From an uncultured Acidobacteriota bacterium (GTDB lineage Bacteria; Acidobacteriota; UBA6911), in the NCBI GenBank assembly GCA_963827655.1, contig CAWHCF010000025.1:32001-96000 (forward strand): a DNA stretch of 64,000 nt, in the 5' to 3' direction. Below, piece by piece: positions 20,220-30,626 of this stretch. The notes under the pieces were generated by a model. The model was not told the origin of the DNA. It ran no database searches and saw only the letters and a list, made by a program, of their open reading frames with translations. The translations under genes and the position numbers were made by a program. The number at the start of each line of letters is the position of its first letter. The stretch's first letter is position 1.

Positions 20220-20691
20220 ATGCCCGATACCACCCGCCACATCACGCCAGACGAAGCAGGCCAAACCCTCGCCGCGCTCCTTCGCCGCTGGTCTCCTGAA
20301 CTCACCTGGAACGAGGCTCGGGGCACTGTCGAACGCCGACGAGTCTCCGTGAACGGCAACCTCTGCCTCGATCCCGCCCGGCGGGTCAAAGAGAACGAAG
20401 TCGTCAAGATCACCGCCCATGCCCAAAAAAAGCCGCCCGACCAGGAACAGGTCATCATCCGCCATGTGTCGATCCGTACATTGTCGTGGTTGAGAAGCCT
20501 GCCGGCGTCACCAGCGTTCGCCATCCCGAGAAGACGACTGGCAAGAACGCCGCAAGCAGATTCAGCCGACACTCGATGAGCTGATTCCCAAGGCCATCGC
20601 CCGCACTGAGCATTTCATCCAGCATGGGCCCCGGCGTGGCCATCGTGGCAGCCTGCCCCCGGTGCGTGCCGTGCATCGCCTCGATCGCGAT
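20220..20691 (+). pseudogene. RluA/RluD-family pseudouridine synthase, 5' half only
   Basis: S4-like N-terminus, VVVEKPAGVTS after a frameshift, and AVHRLDRD followed by unrelated sequence and a stop about 10 codons later. Confidence 0.8.
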
Positions 20692-21151
20692 TGTTCCTAC
20701 CAACAATTCCGTCCAGGCTGAAAATATTGCACTTACGGATTTGGGCTGTTAGCCTCCCCATCTATGTGCCGCGTACTTGTCCCTGCCAAATAGTTCATCC
20801 CTCCCTCCTGTGGGGCGGCTTCGCCCAATTAGCGGGCGGAGGGGAAGGTGTGGAATCCGCAAAATTTGGGCCATCGGAGAGGGCATTGACTTGAAAGCGA
20901 CATGCTCTTCCCGTGTCAGTTGAAACATGAGGTCGGCAGGAAACTTCGATAGGGCAGCTTAATACACGGTAACGTATTCCCGGTCGCTTTTGGGGTGTGC
21001 AATCGTGGTCGCACAAGGCGAAGCAAGCTACCGCGCTTCAAGAGGTCCTTCGACGATCCGCGCATCCGATCCTTGGCGGAGTAAACCCCATTTACAATCA
21101 ACCCCCCAGGATCTACCATAGGGAACGTCCAGAGGGAGGGAGAGATCAGCA

Positions 21152-22462
21152 ATGAATGAAATAGACCGCAGGAAATTCATCGTAAATGGCGCAGGCGCGG
21201 CGCTGGGATTGTCGGTGCTTGGAAAACGGGGATTCAGCGCCAGTCCCAACGGCACCATCCGTGTAGCCGTCGTCGGCGTGAACGGCCGAGGCACGGACCA
21301 CCTGTCCGGCTTTACTCCTTTGAAGGGAGTCGAAGTAGCGGGCATCTGCGATATCGACGAGAACGTCTTGAACAAGCGGCTGGGCGAGTACGAAACTAAG
21401 AACGGCAAGCGCCCCAAAGGCTATAACGACATGCGCCGCGTCTTCGATGACAAAGAGATCGATGTGGTGAGCTTCGCGACGCCTAACCACTGGCACTCGC
21501 TCGGAACCATCTGGGCCTGCCAGGCAGGAAAGGACGTCTACGTAGAAAAACCACTCTCGCATAATATCTGGGAAGGACGGAAACTGGTGGAGGCCTCCCA
21601 GAAGTACAAACGCATCGTTCAGCACGGCACTCAGTGCCGCAGCAGCCAGGCTCTAATCGAAGCGGTGCAAAAGCTGAACCAGGGCGTCATCGGAAAAGTC
21701 TACATGGCGAAAGGCCTTTGCTATAAATGGCGCGACACCATAGGACGCAAGCCTGAGGCTTCTGTTCCCGCCGGCGTAAACTACGACCAGTGGCTCGGAC
21801 CCGCGCCGGCCCGCCCGTTTTCACCCAATCGGTTTCACTACAACTGGCACTGGCATTGGGATACCGGAAATGGCGATATCGGGAACCAGGGCGTGCACCA
21901 GATGGACATCGCGCGCTGGGGACTGGGAGTCGGTCTTCCGCGGCGAGCGCAAGCCATGGGCGATCATTTCATGTTTGATGACGATCAGGAGACGCCGAAT
22001 ACCCAGATCGCCGCCTTTCATTATCCCGAGCAAAAGAAGATGCTGGTCTTCGAGGTCCGTCACTGGATCAGCAATCCCGAGGACATCGGTGGAGAAGACG
22101 GCAGCAATGCCATTGGGGTTATCTTCTATGGCTCCGAAGGGATCATGATCATTCCCAGCTACACGTCGTATAAGACCTTCCTTGGACGCAAACGGGAACC
22201 CGGACCTGCCGCCAAGGCGGGGGGAGATCACTACGGAAACTTCATCGACGCCGTTCGCAGCCGCAAGACCGAAGATCTGAACGCCAACGCCCTCGAGGGG
22301 CACCTGTCTTCGGCCCTGTGCCACATTGCCAACATTGCTTATCGCACGAAGAAGACGCTCGAATTTGATCCCAAGACGGAGAAGTTCCTTAGCGATTCAG
22401 AGGCGAACACGCTTGCCACGCGAAACTATCGCAAGCCGTTCGTCGTGCCAGACAAAGTCTGA
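21152..22462 (+). CDS. Tat-exported Gfo/Idh/MocA oxidoreductase
   Basis: DRRKF Tat motif, VAVVGVNGRG, ATPNHWH, GKDVYVEKP, GNQGVHQMD. Confidence 0.93.
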   Translation: MNEIDRRKFIVNGAGAALGLSVLGKRGFSASPNGTIRVAVVGVNGRGTDHLSGFTPLKGVEVAGICDIDENVLNKRLGEYETKNGKRPKGYNDMRRVFDDKEIDVVSFATPNHWHSLGTIWACQAGKDVYVEKPLSHNIWEGRKLVEASQKYKRIVQHGTQCRSSQALIEAVQKLNQGVIGKVYMAKGLCYKWRDTIGRKPEASVPAGVNYDQWLGPAPARPFSPNRFHYNWHWHWDTGNGDIGNQGVHQMDIARWGLGVGLPRRAQAMGDHFMFDDDQETPNTQIAAFHYPEQKKMLVFEVRHWISNPEDIGGEDGSNAIGVIFYGSEGIMIIPSYTSYKTFLGRKREPGPAAKAGGDHYGNFIDAVRSRKTEDLNANALEGHLSSALCHIANIAYRTKKTLEFDPKTEKFLSDSEANTLATRNYRKPFVVPDKV

Positions 22463-22586
22463 CGATTGACGATTGCACGATTGCGGATTTAAAAAATCTG
22501 GTGGCTGTCGATTTGGCGTGACGATTAGTACTCATGAGTCTTCGAAAAACACACCAATCCGCAATCCGAAATCTGCAATCCGCAAT
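22460..22586. repeat. Inverted heptamer arrays between convergent genes (possible bidirectional terminator)
   Basis: TGACGATTGACGATTGCACGATTGCGGATT ... AATCCGCAATCCGAAATCTGCAATCCGCAAT. Confidence 0.65.
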
Positions 22587-22591
22587 TGAAA

Positions 22592-23305
22592 TCAGTGGCA
22601 TAGCGTGGCGAATTCGTAGCCGCGCGCGCGGAGCGTGTCGATAATCTTCCCGGTCGCGTCGATTGCGTAGCGGCGGTCCGCCCGCGGATTCTTGTGATGT
22701 CCGTCGTGAATCACGACGATCTTCCCTGGACCGATATGTGAGACTACCTGAGCCGCCACGCGATCGGCCGTACGCTTTCGAAACCAGTACCAGTCCCAGG
22801 TCATCCAGCTCCATCCGATCAAGCGGTACTTCAGGCGCCCGACTCCACGTAGCATAGAAATGCTCCGCCACCCGGCGTGCGGCCGAAAGATCGGGCATGG
22901 CCGGCTCCCGGCGAGAGATTCGACGCGAGCAGCGGCAGCCCTGAGCTTTTCTCCAAGTTTGCCGGAAGAATTCAGCATCAGCCAGCGATCGTCCGAATGC
23001 TGGCCCACCGCATGGCCTTCTTCGAACATGCGACGAACTATGGGCGCAGTCTCCTGGTTGACGTATCTGTCGATCAGAAAGAAGGTGGCGTGAACCTTCT
23101 TCTCTTTGAGCAGATCCAGAAGTCCCGGCGTTGCGGTTGGATTCGGACCGTCGTCGAAGGTCAAGAACACAATCTTGCGATTGGCCGATTCCGGCATGCG
23201 CCAGACGGAGATCTCGCTTTTTGCATAGTCAAAGAGGAATGGAAATGGAGCCGTGTGGGCGAGTACCGCGATCCCCGATAAGACCAGAATAACAATCAGG
23301 ACCAT
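22592..23305 (-). CDS. Polysaccharide deacetylase (CE4/NodB)
   Basis: LTFDDGP, ATFF, GQHSDDR, FRP and IVVIHDG motifs. Confidence 0.9.
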   Translation of the reverse strand: MVLIVILVLSGIAVLAHTAPFPFLFDYAKSEISVWRMPESANRKIVFLTFDDGPNPTATPGLLDLLKEKKVHATFFLIDRYVNQETAPIVRRMFEEGHAVGQHSDDRWLMLNSSGKLGEKLRAAAARVESLAGSRPCPIFRPHAGWRSISMLRGVGRLKYRLIGWSWMTWDWYWFRKRTADRVAAQVVSHIGPGKIVVIHDGHHKNPRADRRYAIDATGKIIDTLRARGYEFATLCH

Positions 23306-23382
23306 ATTCTTATGTAGAGCCTGGCGTGATCTTCCCCTATAATCGTGCAAAACTTTAACACAGCCGGACCAGGAGCATCGCC

Positions 23383-24471
23383 ATGACCATCATGAAAACA
23401 AGAAATGGGAATCAAAGGTGGGTTCTGCATTCTATCCTCGTGCTTCTAATCTTTGCTCTCTACCCCCTCGCGGACCAGGGAGCCGCTTTGCAGCGGTATC
23501 AAAGCGCCGCAGTCATGCGGGCGGGCGCCGTCAATTTTCTTGCGGCCCTTAACGCCGCGCAGTCGGGCAAGGCAAAGTTCGATTTTGCTTCCGAGGAGCG
23601 GATGAACTGGCATTTCATTCCTCGTGAGCGCAAGGGCCTGTCGTTCAAGGAGATGGATCCCGCGCAGCAGCGCCTGGCGCACGCGTTTCTCAGCGCCGGC
23701 TTGAGCCAGCGGGGCTATATGAAGGCGGCCACCGTCATGAGCCTGGAGGCGGTTCTCAGAGAACTGGAACAGGGGAAGGGCACGAACAACCGCGACACCG
23801 AGCTTTATTTTTTCAGTGTCTTCGGCGAACCCTCGGACAGTAAGACGTGGGGCTGGCGCGTCGAGGGTCACCACCTTTCACTGAACTTCACTCTGGCTGA
23901 GGGGCAGCTGGTGGCAAGTACGCCCGCATTCTACGGCTCCAATCCTGCCGAGGTGCGCGAAGGACCTCGCAAAGGCCTGCGAACATTGGCCGGCGAGGAG
24001 GATCGCGCCCGCGACCTGCTTCAAGCCTTGGATGAAAAGCAGCGGACTGTAGCCATTTTTGAGAAGCAAGCTCCGAAAGACATCCTCAGCACGAATTCGC
24101 GCCGCGCGGACGTAGGCCCGCCGGTCGGGTTGCCTGCAGCCAAGATGAACAAGAAACAATCGGAGCTCCTGGTTGCGCTCATCGAGGAGTACACCGGAAA
24201 CATGCCCGCCGACGTGGCGTCTGCGCGCCTCGAACAGATTCGTCGCGCTGGCCTCGACAAGGTGCATTTCGCCTGGGCTGGCGTTCTCGAGCGGGGACAA
24301 CCCCATTACTATCGCGTGCAGGGTCCGACATTCCTGATCGAGTATGACAACACCCAGAACAACGCCAATCACATCCACGCGGTCTGGCGCAACTACGATG
24401 GCGATTTCGGTCTTGACCTGCTTGGGATGCATCTGAAGGCATCGCACGGCAAGGGAGGTTCACATGACTAG
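23383..24471 (+). CDS. DUF3500 domain protein
   Basis: WHFIP...RKGL, WGWRVEGHHLSLN, HYYRVQGPTFLIEYDNTQNNANHIHAVWR. Confidence 0.9.
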   Translation: MTIMKTRNGNQRWVLHSILVLLIFALYPLADQGAALQRYQSAAVMRAGAVNFLAALNAAQSGKAKFDFASEERMNWHFIPRERKGLSFKEMDPAQQRLAHAFLSAGLSQRGYMKAATVMSLEAVLRELEQGKGTNNRDTELYFFSVFGEPSDSKTWGWRVEGHHLSLNFTLAEGQLVASTPAFYGSNPAEVREGPRKGLRTLAGEEDRARDLLQALDEKQRTVAIFEKQAPKDILSTNSRRADVGPPVGLPAAKMNKKQSELLVALIEEYTGNMPADVASARLEQIRRAGLDKVHFAWAGVLERGQPHYYRVQGPTFLIEYDNTQNNANHIHAVWRNYDGDFGLDLLGMHLKASHGKGGSHD

Positions 24472-24478
24472 ATCCGGG

Positions 24479-24562
24479 CTTCGCGTTTCTTAGCGTCATC
24501 GCGTCTTCGTGGTCGGTGCTTGGCGCCAAAGCCAACCACGAAGACGCGGAAGAAACGCTGAG
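24479..24562. repeat. Inverted pair of the 8-bp-periodic repeat (hairpin)
   Basis: Reverse copy at 24479-24513 and forward copy at 24535-24562. Confidence 0.75.
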
Positions 24563-24780
24563 AAGCAGCCCGGCTGCTACTGAGACGTCTGTCGGAATCT
24601 GCGCTGAAACTCGAAGGGCTAACACACGAAATTGGGTTGCCGATAACACATCCTGGTCTGATCATCTCCGGTAGCTAACTACACCCATACCATCATTGAC
24701 GATAAAGTACGAAGGGCCTTTTTACGAGAGTCCTCTCGAGAGGGTTATCTATGCGAGGCGTGCCTGTCGGAGAATGACTC

Positions 24781-27450
24781 ATGATTGACCTGGAATTGCA
24801 TCGGACGTCTGTGGCGGTTTGCCGGTTCGTCTTGCTGATGATCGGGTTCGCCGTGTCATCCTACGGCGCGGTTAGATTCGATGTCGTCGGAGCGCCCACC
24901 GAAGTCATCAATACGGGACGCTCGGAGGTGACCGGATCCGTCAACCTGGTTGCTCGCGGCACCGGTAACCTCACCGGAACGTCAACCGGTGGGGCGTCGC
25001 AGATTGCGATGATCTACACCAATCCGGCGCTCCAGATTGACAACACCACCACTTCCGGGATTCAACTCTTCTTCAGCAGCGGCTTTGCCGCCGCCAGCCC
25101 CTCGATCGTGACCGTGGAAAACCGCGACGTCAACGGGCAGTGTTCGGGGTTCCTGGCGATTAACCTGCTTCCCGGTGCGGCGCCGGTTGAGGGCGACTTT
25201 ATCCGCATCGAGGGTATTCGCGGCCGGATTGACGCGAGCGCCGCAATCACGCCCGGAACCGATTTATTTGTAGATCTTCAGTCGATCAACGATCCCGCGG
25301 CGGCCAGCTTCACTCCCGATCGTGTCCGGGTCGCGAAATCGCTGGATGGCATGGATGCCACTGCTGTCTCGGACGCCCTGGCCTGCATTATTCGAATCAC
25401 CGAAGGATTCTCGCGGGCATTCGTGGACAGCGATTCGAACAATGACGGCGTAAATGTAAACGATCGCACGAGCACCAGTGGAGCTGCCCTGGGTTTTCCG
25501 ACCAATTCGACCCAGTTTGTGGTTCGACTGGATGGCATTCCTGACAGTGTATCGGGGATTCTCTGGGCGCCCTTTTCGTCGGCGTCGAGTGCCGGGGCGA
25601 TGTTACGCCTGCTCAGCAGCAGCTTCTCAGGGTCGAGCGCGACCGCGATCTACAGCTATGAATCGATCAACCAGGCGGGCGGCAGCGATCTGGCCGTCGA
25701 ATCGTTTGACCTTGTGGCGCAGATCGTGATCAACCCCGGTGGGACCTCGACCGGGACCATTACCGCGTCGGTTACGCTCGGGCCCGCTGTCTCTGGATCC
25801 ACAGGATGCGCGGCTCCTTCGGCTCAGGCTCGCCCCCGATTCCTGGAAGCCTTCGAACTCTCCATCACCGCCCTGGAACCTTCTTCCGCGGTAGCCGGCG
25901 GGTCGGGCTTCACCCTTACGGTCAAAGGCGCAGGATTCCTCCCGACCTCGATTGTGCGCTGGAACGGCGGCAGCCGACCAACGACGTTCGTCAATAGCAC
26001 CACGCTTACCGCTCAGATTTCTGCACAAGATATCGCCCAGGCGGGAAGCGCCAGTGTAACTGTAATCAATCCGGCGCTGGGCGGAGCCGTATCGAACCCC
26101 TTGTCCTTTACGATCAGGAATCCCGCCCTCACACTCTACTACCCGCGACTGACCGGAGCCGGGGATGGCGAAGTCACCGGTATTGCTCTCGCGAACCTGA
26201 GCGGGAGGACTGCCGAGCTGAAACTGACCGGATTTGGACCGTCGGGAAGCATGATATCCGGGCCAAACATCACCAATCCAGCCTCCTTGAGCCTGAATGC
26301 CGGCCGGCAGGTCGCGATGATCGACAGCCAGATCCTGGGCCCGGGATTGCCGGATATCAGCCAGACGGGATGGCTGAAAGTAGAGGGGAACGTCTCGGAG
26401 GTGGTGGGATTCTTCCTGGCTTTTAACGCCGGACTTTCGGTTCTCGACGGAGCCAGTGTGTCGGCAAACACGGCAACGTCGTTCGTGTTCCCTGAGATCG
26501 AAGATCTGGGTTTCACCCGAATTCACGTAGTGAATCCTAATCCGGATGCTGCCTCTGTGACACTCGAGCTGCTCCGATCCGACGGCACACCGCGCGTTGC
26601 CGCCGTGACGCGCAACATTAATGCGAACGGCGTCGTTGCGGAGTCCTTCACTGCGCTTTTCCCAGGTGTCTCGCCGGACGCCTCCGACTACATTCGGGCG
26701 TCGTCTAACCAGGGCGTTGTGCCCTTCGAATACCTGGGCCGCGAGATGAGGTACGTGGAGGGACTCAATGGCCAGAATGCGGCTGCAGGGGCCACGACGG
26801 TCTATTCCGTTCAGTACGTAGTCGGCGGACCGGACTGGCAGTCGATGCTCTCCGTTATCAATCTCGACTCGACTCCAGGCAGCGTGAGCCTCAGGTTCAT
26901 TTCAAATGAGGGAACCCAGATCGGCAACATGCGCGTTCTGCCAATTGCGGCCCGGGGGAAGATCCGCATCACGGATCAGAGGTTTTTCATCGACCCTGGC
27001 GATACTCTAAGGCAAGGTTACGTGGAAATCACCAGCAGCGGCGTCAGACTTGCCGGAAGCGTGGTTTTCGGCGACCCGGGACGAAACAACTTTTCTTCGG
27101 CGCTGCCGCTGGCTTCGAGTTTCCAGAGCAGGATGGCGCTGGGACAAATCGCTTCCAACAATATCTATTTCACAGGGATTTCCATCCTTAATCCGAACGA
27201 TGCGGCCGCGCGCGCCGTGATCGAGGTTTACGACAGTGACGGCAATCCGGTGATCGCCAAGATCGAGGATATTCCCGCAAGGGGCCGCCGCTCGCAGCTT
27301 CTGACCGAGTATTTCCCCAGTCTCGTGGGGGTGAACCTCGGCTCGGGTTACATCAAGATCACTGTGAACAGGAACGCAGCCGGCTTCGCGCTCTTCGGAA
27401 CCAACGACCTCTCGGTACTCTCGGCGGTAGAACCTCAGCCCGTGCCTTAG
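24781..27450 (+). CDS. Secreted surface protein with IPT/TIG domain and C-terminal beta-sandwich repeats
   Basis: Signal peptide and ITALEPSSAVAGGSGFTLTVKGAGF...TTFVNSTTLTAQI IPT/TIG motif. Confidence 0.8.
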   Translation: MIDLELHRTSVAVCRFVLLMIGFAVSSYGAVRFDVVGAPTEVINTGRSEVTGSVNLVARGTGNLTGTSTGGASQIAMIYTNPALQIDNTTTSGIQLFFSSGFAAASPSIVTVENRDVNGQCSGFLAINLLPGAAPVEGDFIRIEGIRGRIDASAAITPGTDLFVDLQSINDPAAASFTPDRVRVAKSLDGMDATAVSDALACIIRITEGFSRAFVDSDSNNDGVNVNDRTSTSGAALGFPTNSTQFVVRLDGIPDSVSGILWAPFSSASSAGAMLRLLSSSFSGSSATAIYSYESINQAGGSDLAVESFDLVAQIVINPGGTSTGTITASVTLGPAVSGSTGCAAPSAQARPRFLEAFELSITALEPSSAVAGGSGFTLTVKGAGFLPTSIVRWNGGSRPTTFVNSTTLTAQISAQDIAQAGSASVTVINPALGGAVSNPLSFTIRNPALTLYYPRLTGAGDGEVTGIALANLSGRTAELKLTGFGPSGSMISGPNITNPASLSLNAGRQVAMIDSQILGPGLPDISQTGWLKVEGNVSEVVGFFLAFNAGLSVLDGASVSANTATSFVFPEIEDLGFTRIHVVNPNPDAASVTLELLRSDGTPRVAAVTRNINANGVVAESFTALFPGVSPDASDYIRASSNQGVVPFEYLGREMRYVEGLNGQNAAAGATTVYSVQYVVGGPDWQSMLSVINLDSTPGSVSLRFISNEGTQIGNMRVLPIAARGKIRITDQRFFIDPGDTLRQGYVEITSSGVRLAGSVVFGDPGRNNFSSALPLASSFQSRMALGQIASNNIYFTGISILNPNDAAARAVIEVYDSDGNPVIAKIEDIPARGRRSQLLTEYFPSLVGVNLGSGYIKITVNRNAAGFALFGTNDLSVLSAVEPQPVP

Positions 27451-27485
27451 GGCTCGTGGTTAACTTGCGCTCGCGACAACAATAT

Positions 27486-27522
27486 ACCACTGAGGACACG
27501 AAGACACGAAGAAACACCAAAG
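27486..27522 (+). repeat. 8-bp-periodic repeat copy
   Basis: ACCACTGAGGACACGAAGACACGAAGAAACACCAAAG. Confidence 0.8.
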
Positions 27523-27530
27523 CGTTGGGC

Positions 27531-30041
27531 CTACTCGTCCCGAAGCGCTACCATCGGCTCCACCGCCGCCGCGCGGCGGGCCGGCAGGTAACTTGAAGCC
27601 AGAGCTACAGCCGCCAGCAGCGCCATCGCCGCTATCATGGTGGCGGGGTCATGCGGCTGAAGCCCGAACAAGAGTGTGGCCGCTGCGCGTCCCGCCCAGA
27701 AAGCGATCATTGCGCCAATCCCGAGTCCCACTGCCAGCAGTAGCCCCGCTTCGCCGAGTACCAATCGGATCACGCGACTGCGGTCTGCGCCCAGAGCTAT
27801 CCGGACGCCGATCTCTTTCCGCCGCCGCGCGACCATATACGAGATGACGCCGTAGAGGCCGAGGGTGGCGAGCAGCCCTGCCAGAAGCCCGAAGGCTCCG
27901 GACAACGTAGCCATCAGCCGCTCGCGCTGCAGCGAGTCCTCGAGCTGCTTCGATAGCAATCGGAACTCAATCCCGATGGCGGGGCTGACCTCGGCTACGG
28001 CAGTCTTTACGTGACGCATCACGTCACCGACGGAACCCGTGATGCGGAGCACGAATGTGGCGCCGGCTCCAGGATCTTCGTTTTGTGCGATGGGGAAGTA
28101 CCCGATCGGCCGGAAATCTTCCCGGATTTGATTGTACTTGGTGTTCTTCACCAGGCCGACAATCTGGAACAACGGTTCCGGCTTGCCGGCCTCGGTTTCG
28201 CGATGGAATGTGTGGCCCACGGGGTTGGCGCCGCCGAAGAACCTGCTGGCGAACTGTTCGTTGACGATGGCCACCTGGGGAGAAAGGAGCGTATCGCCAT
28301 CGTTGAAATCACGGCCGGCGATCAAAGTAGTGCTCATGGTACGGAAGTAGCCCGGGCCGACGCGGTTGAACCAGGACTCCTTGCCACTTCCCGCCGCAAT
28401 CGCACCGTCCACACCAATGTTGTTGTTCCAGCCGCTGCCGCTGATCGGCGTAAAATTGACTTGCGCGGCCGACAGAACGCCGGGCCGGGTCGACATTCGC
28501 TCGAACAGGTCACGATACACCACCGGGAGACGTTCTTTCGTGTACTGCGGCCGGCGCAGATCAAGACTGACGGAAATCACCCCCTCGACGTTGAAACCCG
28601 CATCGACGGCCAGCAGGTTGCGGAGGCTGCGAACGAACAGCAAGGCGCCGACCAACAATACGAGTGACAGCGCGACTTGCGTAGCCACCAGCGCCCGGCG
28701 CAAGCTGAACCGCTCGCGGCCGGCCGTCATCCCCCGGCTTCCCCCACGAACGGCCGCCGCAGGCGCGAGGTGTGTCGCTTTAAGCGCCGGCAGAAGGCCG
28801 AAGAGCAAGCAGGTGGACACAGCCAGGGCCGCCGTGAAACCTAGCACTCTGCCGTCCAGGCCGATACCGACCAGGATTGGATTATTGGCCGTGGTGAGAA
28901 ACGCAACGAGCCCGCGGTTGAGCAACTGCGCCAGAACAGCGCCCAGCGTGGCGCCGAGAAGGGCCAGCAGCAAGCTTTCCGCCAGAAGCTGGCGAACCAA
29001 TCGCCCCCGCGAAGCACCGACAGCCAGCCGCACAGCAATCTCCCGCTCGCGCACGCTGGCGCGGGCCAGCAGCAGATTAGCCAGGTTTGCGCACGCAATC
29101 AGGAGTACCAACCCGGTGGTTACCATCAGCAGCCAAAGCGGCCTTTCGTACTGGCGGCGCAAGCCCGAGATGCCGGTACCCGCTGCCGAAGCGACGAGCT
29201 TGTTCGCCAGGTAGCGCTTGGCGGTCTCGGGCAGATAGGTGGGCGGCAGGGTGGCCTGCATGATGGCCGGGGAAAGGGCCTGCAGATGGGCGGTGGCCTG
29301 CTCGGCTGTCCAGCCCGGCCTGAGACGCCCTATGATCGCCAGCCACCAGGCGGCGGGCAGCGGCATCCGGCCCTTCTTGTCTGCGGCCAGCAGCCGGTCG
29401 ACGCAAAGCGGAATCGCCACGTCGAAGCCTCTTCCGACTTCCACGCCGAAAAACGATGGAGGCGTGACGCCAATCACCGGAAATGCGTGACCATCGAGAC
29501 TCACCGTCCGGCCAATCACTCCGGCATCCGCTCCATACTCTCGTTGCCAGAACGCATGGCTGATCACGGCCGCCGGGTCGCCACACGTCTTGCTGTCATC
29601 CTGCGCGGTGAAGGCGCGACCGAGTAGAGGACTGACGCCGAGGTGTTTGAAAAACTCTCCGCTGACATAAAGACCCTCGGCGTAGCGCGCTTCTCCTCCC
29701 GCGGTCAGATTGAACCGCGTTGCGCTCCAGGCCAGCACACCCGTAAACGCCTGCTGTTGCGCTCGAACCTGTTCCCACTGGCCATAGGTAAACCGGGAAT
29801 TGCGCGTGGAGAACCAGCCGGAGCGCTGCGATCCTTCGGCGAAATCGATCGCTACCAGCTCCTGTGGTTTCTGGACCGGCAATGTCCGCAGGCGCACGAC
29901 ATCAATCAGCTGGAAGATCGCGGAGTTGGCCCCGATGCCCAGCGCCAGCGACATCACGGCAACCAATGCAAAGCCGGGACTCTGCCACAGCTGCCGTGCG
30001 CCGTAGCGTAAATCCTGCATAAAGGTTTCGAGCCAGTTCAC
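27531..30041 (-). CDS. ADOP-family duplicated MacB/FtsX ABC permease
   Basis: QDLRYGAR...SLALGIGANSAIF, LIACANLANLLLAR, ARRAAAVEPMVALRDE. Confidence 0.95.
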   Translation of the reverse strand: MNWLETFMQDLRYGARQLWQSPGFALVAVMSLALGIGANSAIFQLIDVVRLRTLPVQKPQELVAIDFAEGSQRSGWFSTRNSRFTYGQWEQVRAQQQAFTGVLAWSATRFNLTAGGEARYAEGLYVSGEFFKHLGVSPLLGRAFTAQDDSKTCGDPAAVISHAFWQREYGADAGVIGRTVSLDGHAFPVIGVTPPSFFGVEVGRGFDVAIPLCVDRLLAADKKGRMPLPAAWWLAIIGRLRPGWTAEQATAHLQALSPAIMQATLPPTYLPETAKRYLANKLVASAAGTGISGLRRQYERPLWLLMVTTGLVLLIACANLANLLLARASVREREIAVRLAVGASRGRLVRQLLAESLLLALLGATLGAVLAQLLNRGLVAFLTTANNPILVGIGLDGRVLGFTAALAVSTCLLFGLLPALKATHLAPAAAVRGGSRGMTAGRERFSLRRALVATQVALSLVLLVGALLFVRSLRNLLAVDAGFNVEGVISVSLDLRRPQYTKERLPVVYRDLFERMSTRPGVLSAAQVNFTPISGSGWNNNIGVDGAIAAGSGKESWFNRVGPGYFRTMSTTLIAGRDFNDGDTLLSPQVAIVNEQFASRFFGGANPVGHTFHRETEAGKPEPLFQIVGLVKNTKYNQIREDFRPIGYFPIAQNEDPGAGATFVLRITGSVGDVMRHVKTAVAEVSPAIGIEFRLLSKQLEDSLQRERLMATLSGAFGLLAGLLATLGLYGVISYMVARRRKEIGVRIALGADRSRVIRLVLGEAGLLLAVGLGIGAMIAFWAGRAAATLLFGLQPHDPATMIAAMALLAAVALASSYLPARRAAAVEPMVALRDE

Positions 30042-30280
30042 TTGTGTTTACCTCGGCTTTCCTGGCGTCAGAATGCGACGCTACGTCAGGGTGTTTGATT
30101 GCTGAATTCAAATATCAAGGACCTTTTCGTTAGACGTGGCACCAGAGCGAATGGTTGGCGGCCCGCCTATGTATAGGACTGGGGATTCGATCTTTGGTTA
30201 CAGTCACGTGGACTGATTTTCGAGTGTATTAACCGACTCTTAACCTTACGCGCAAGTCGGCGCCGACCTGATTTTTTTAA

Positions 30281-30502
30281 TGTGCCGCGCCTTCGGCGCT
30301 CACTCATACACTGGTTGTTCTCCCGGCCTTACGACAGGGCCTACGCACTGCCGGCCCTTCGGGCCTCATTCAGCGGTTCTCAAGGTCAGCCGTGGCCTAT
30401 GAGTAACTTTCTGAGGCCCGCAAGGGCCGACAGAACATAGGCCCTGACCGTAAGGCCGGGATTAAATTACCAGTTATGTGTGAGCGCCGAAGGTGCGAGC
30501 AC
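30281..30502. repeat. ~220-bp imperfect palindrome with internal tetraloop hairpins (REP/REPIN-like)
   Basis: Arms 30281-30368 and 30412-30502 are near reverse complements and contain CCTTCGG, GCCCTTCGGGC and GCCCGCAAGGGC. Confidence 0.85.
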
Positions 30503-30626
30503 TTGCAGTGTAAGGTTCGAGAGCTTGCTGCTGCGCCTGCGAAATGGCCAAACTTCAGAGGTTGACCAGGTCCGATTCTGCTCAGGATCTTCTCGATTCG
30601 GGAGCCTTTGTGGCTATAATAGCGGC

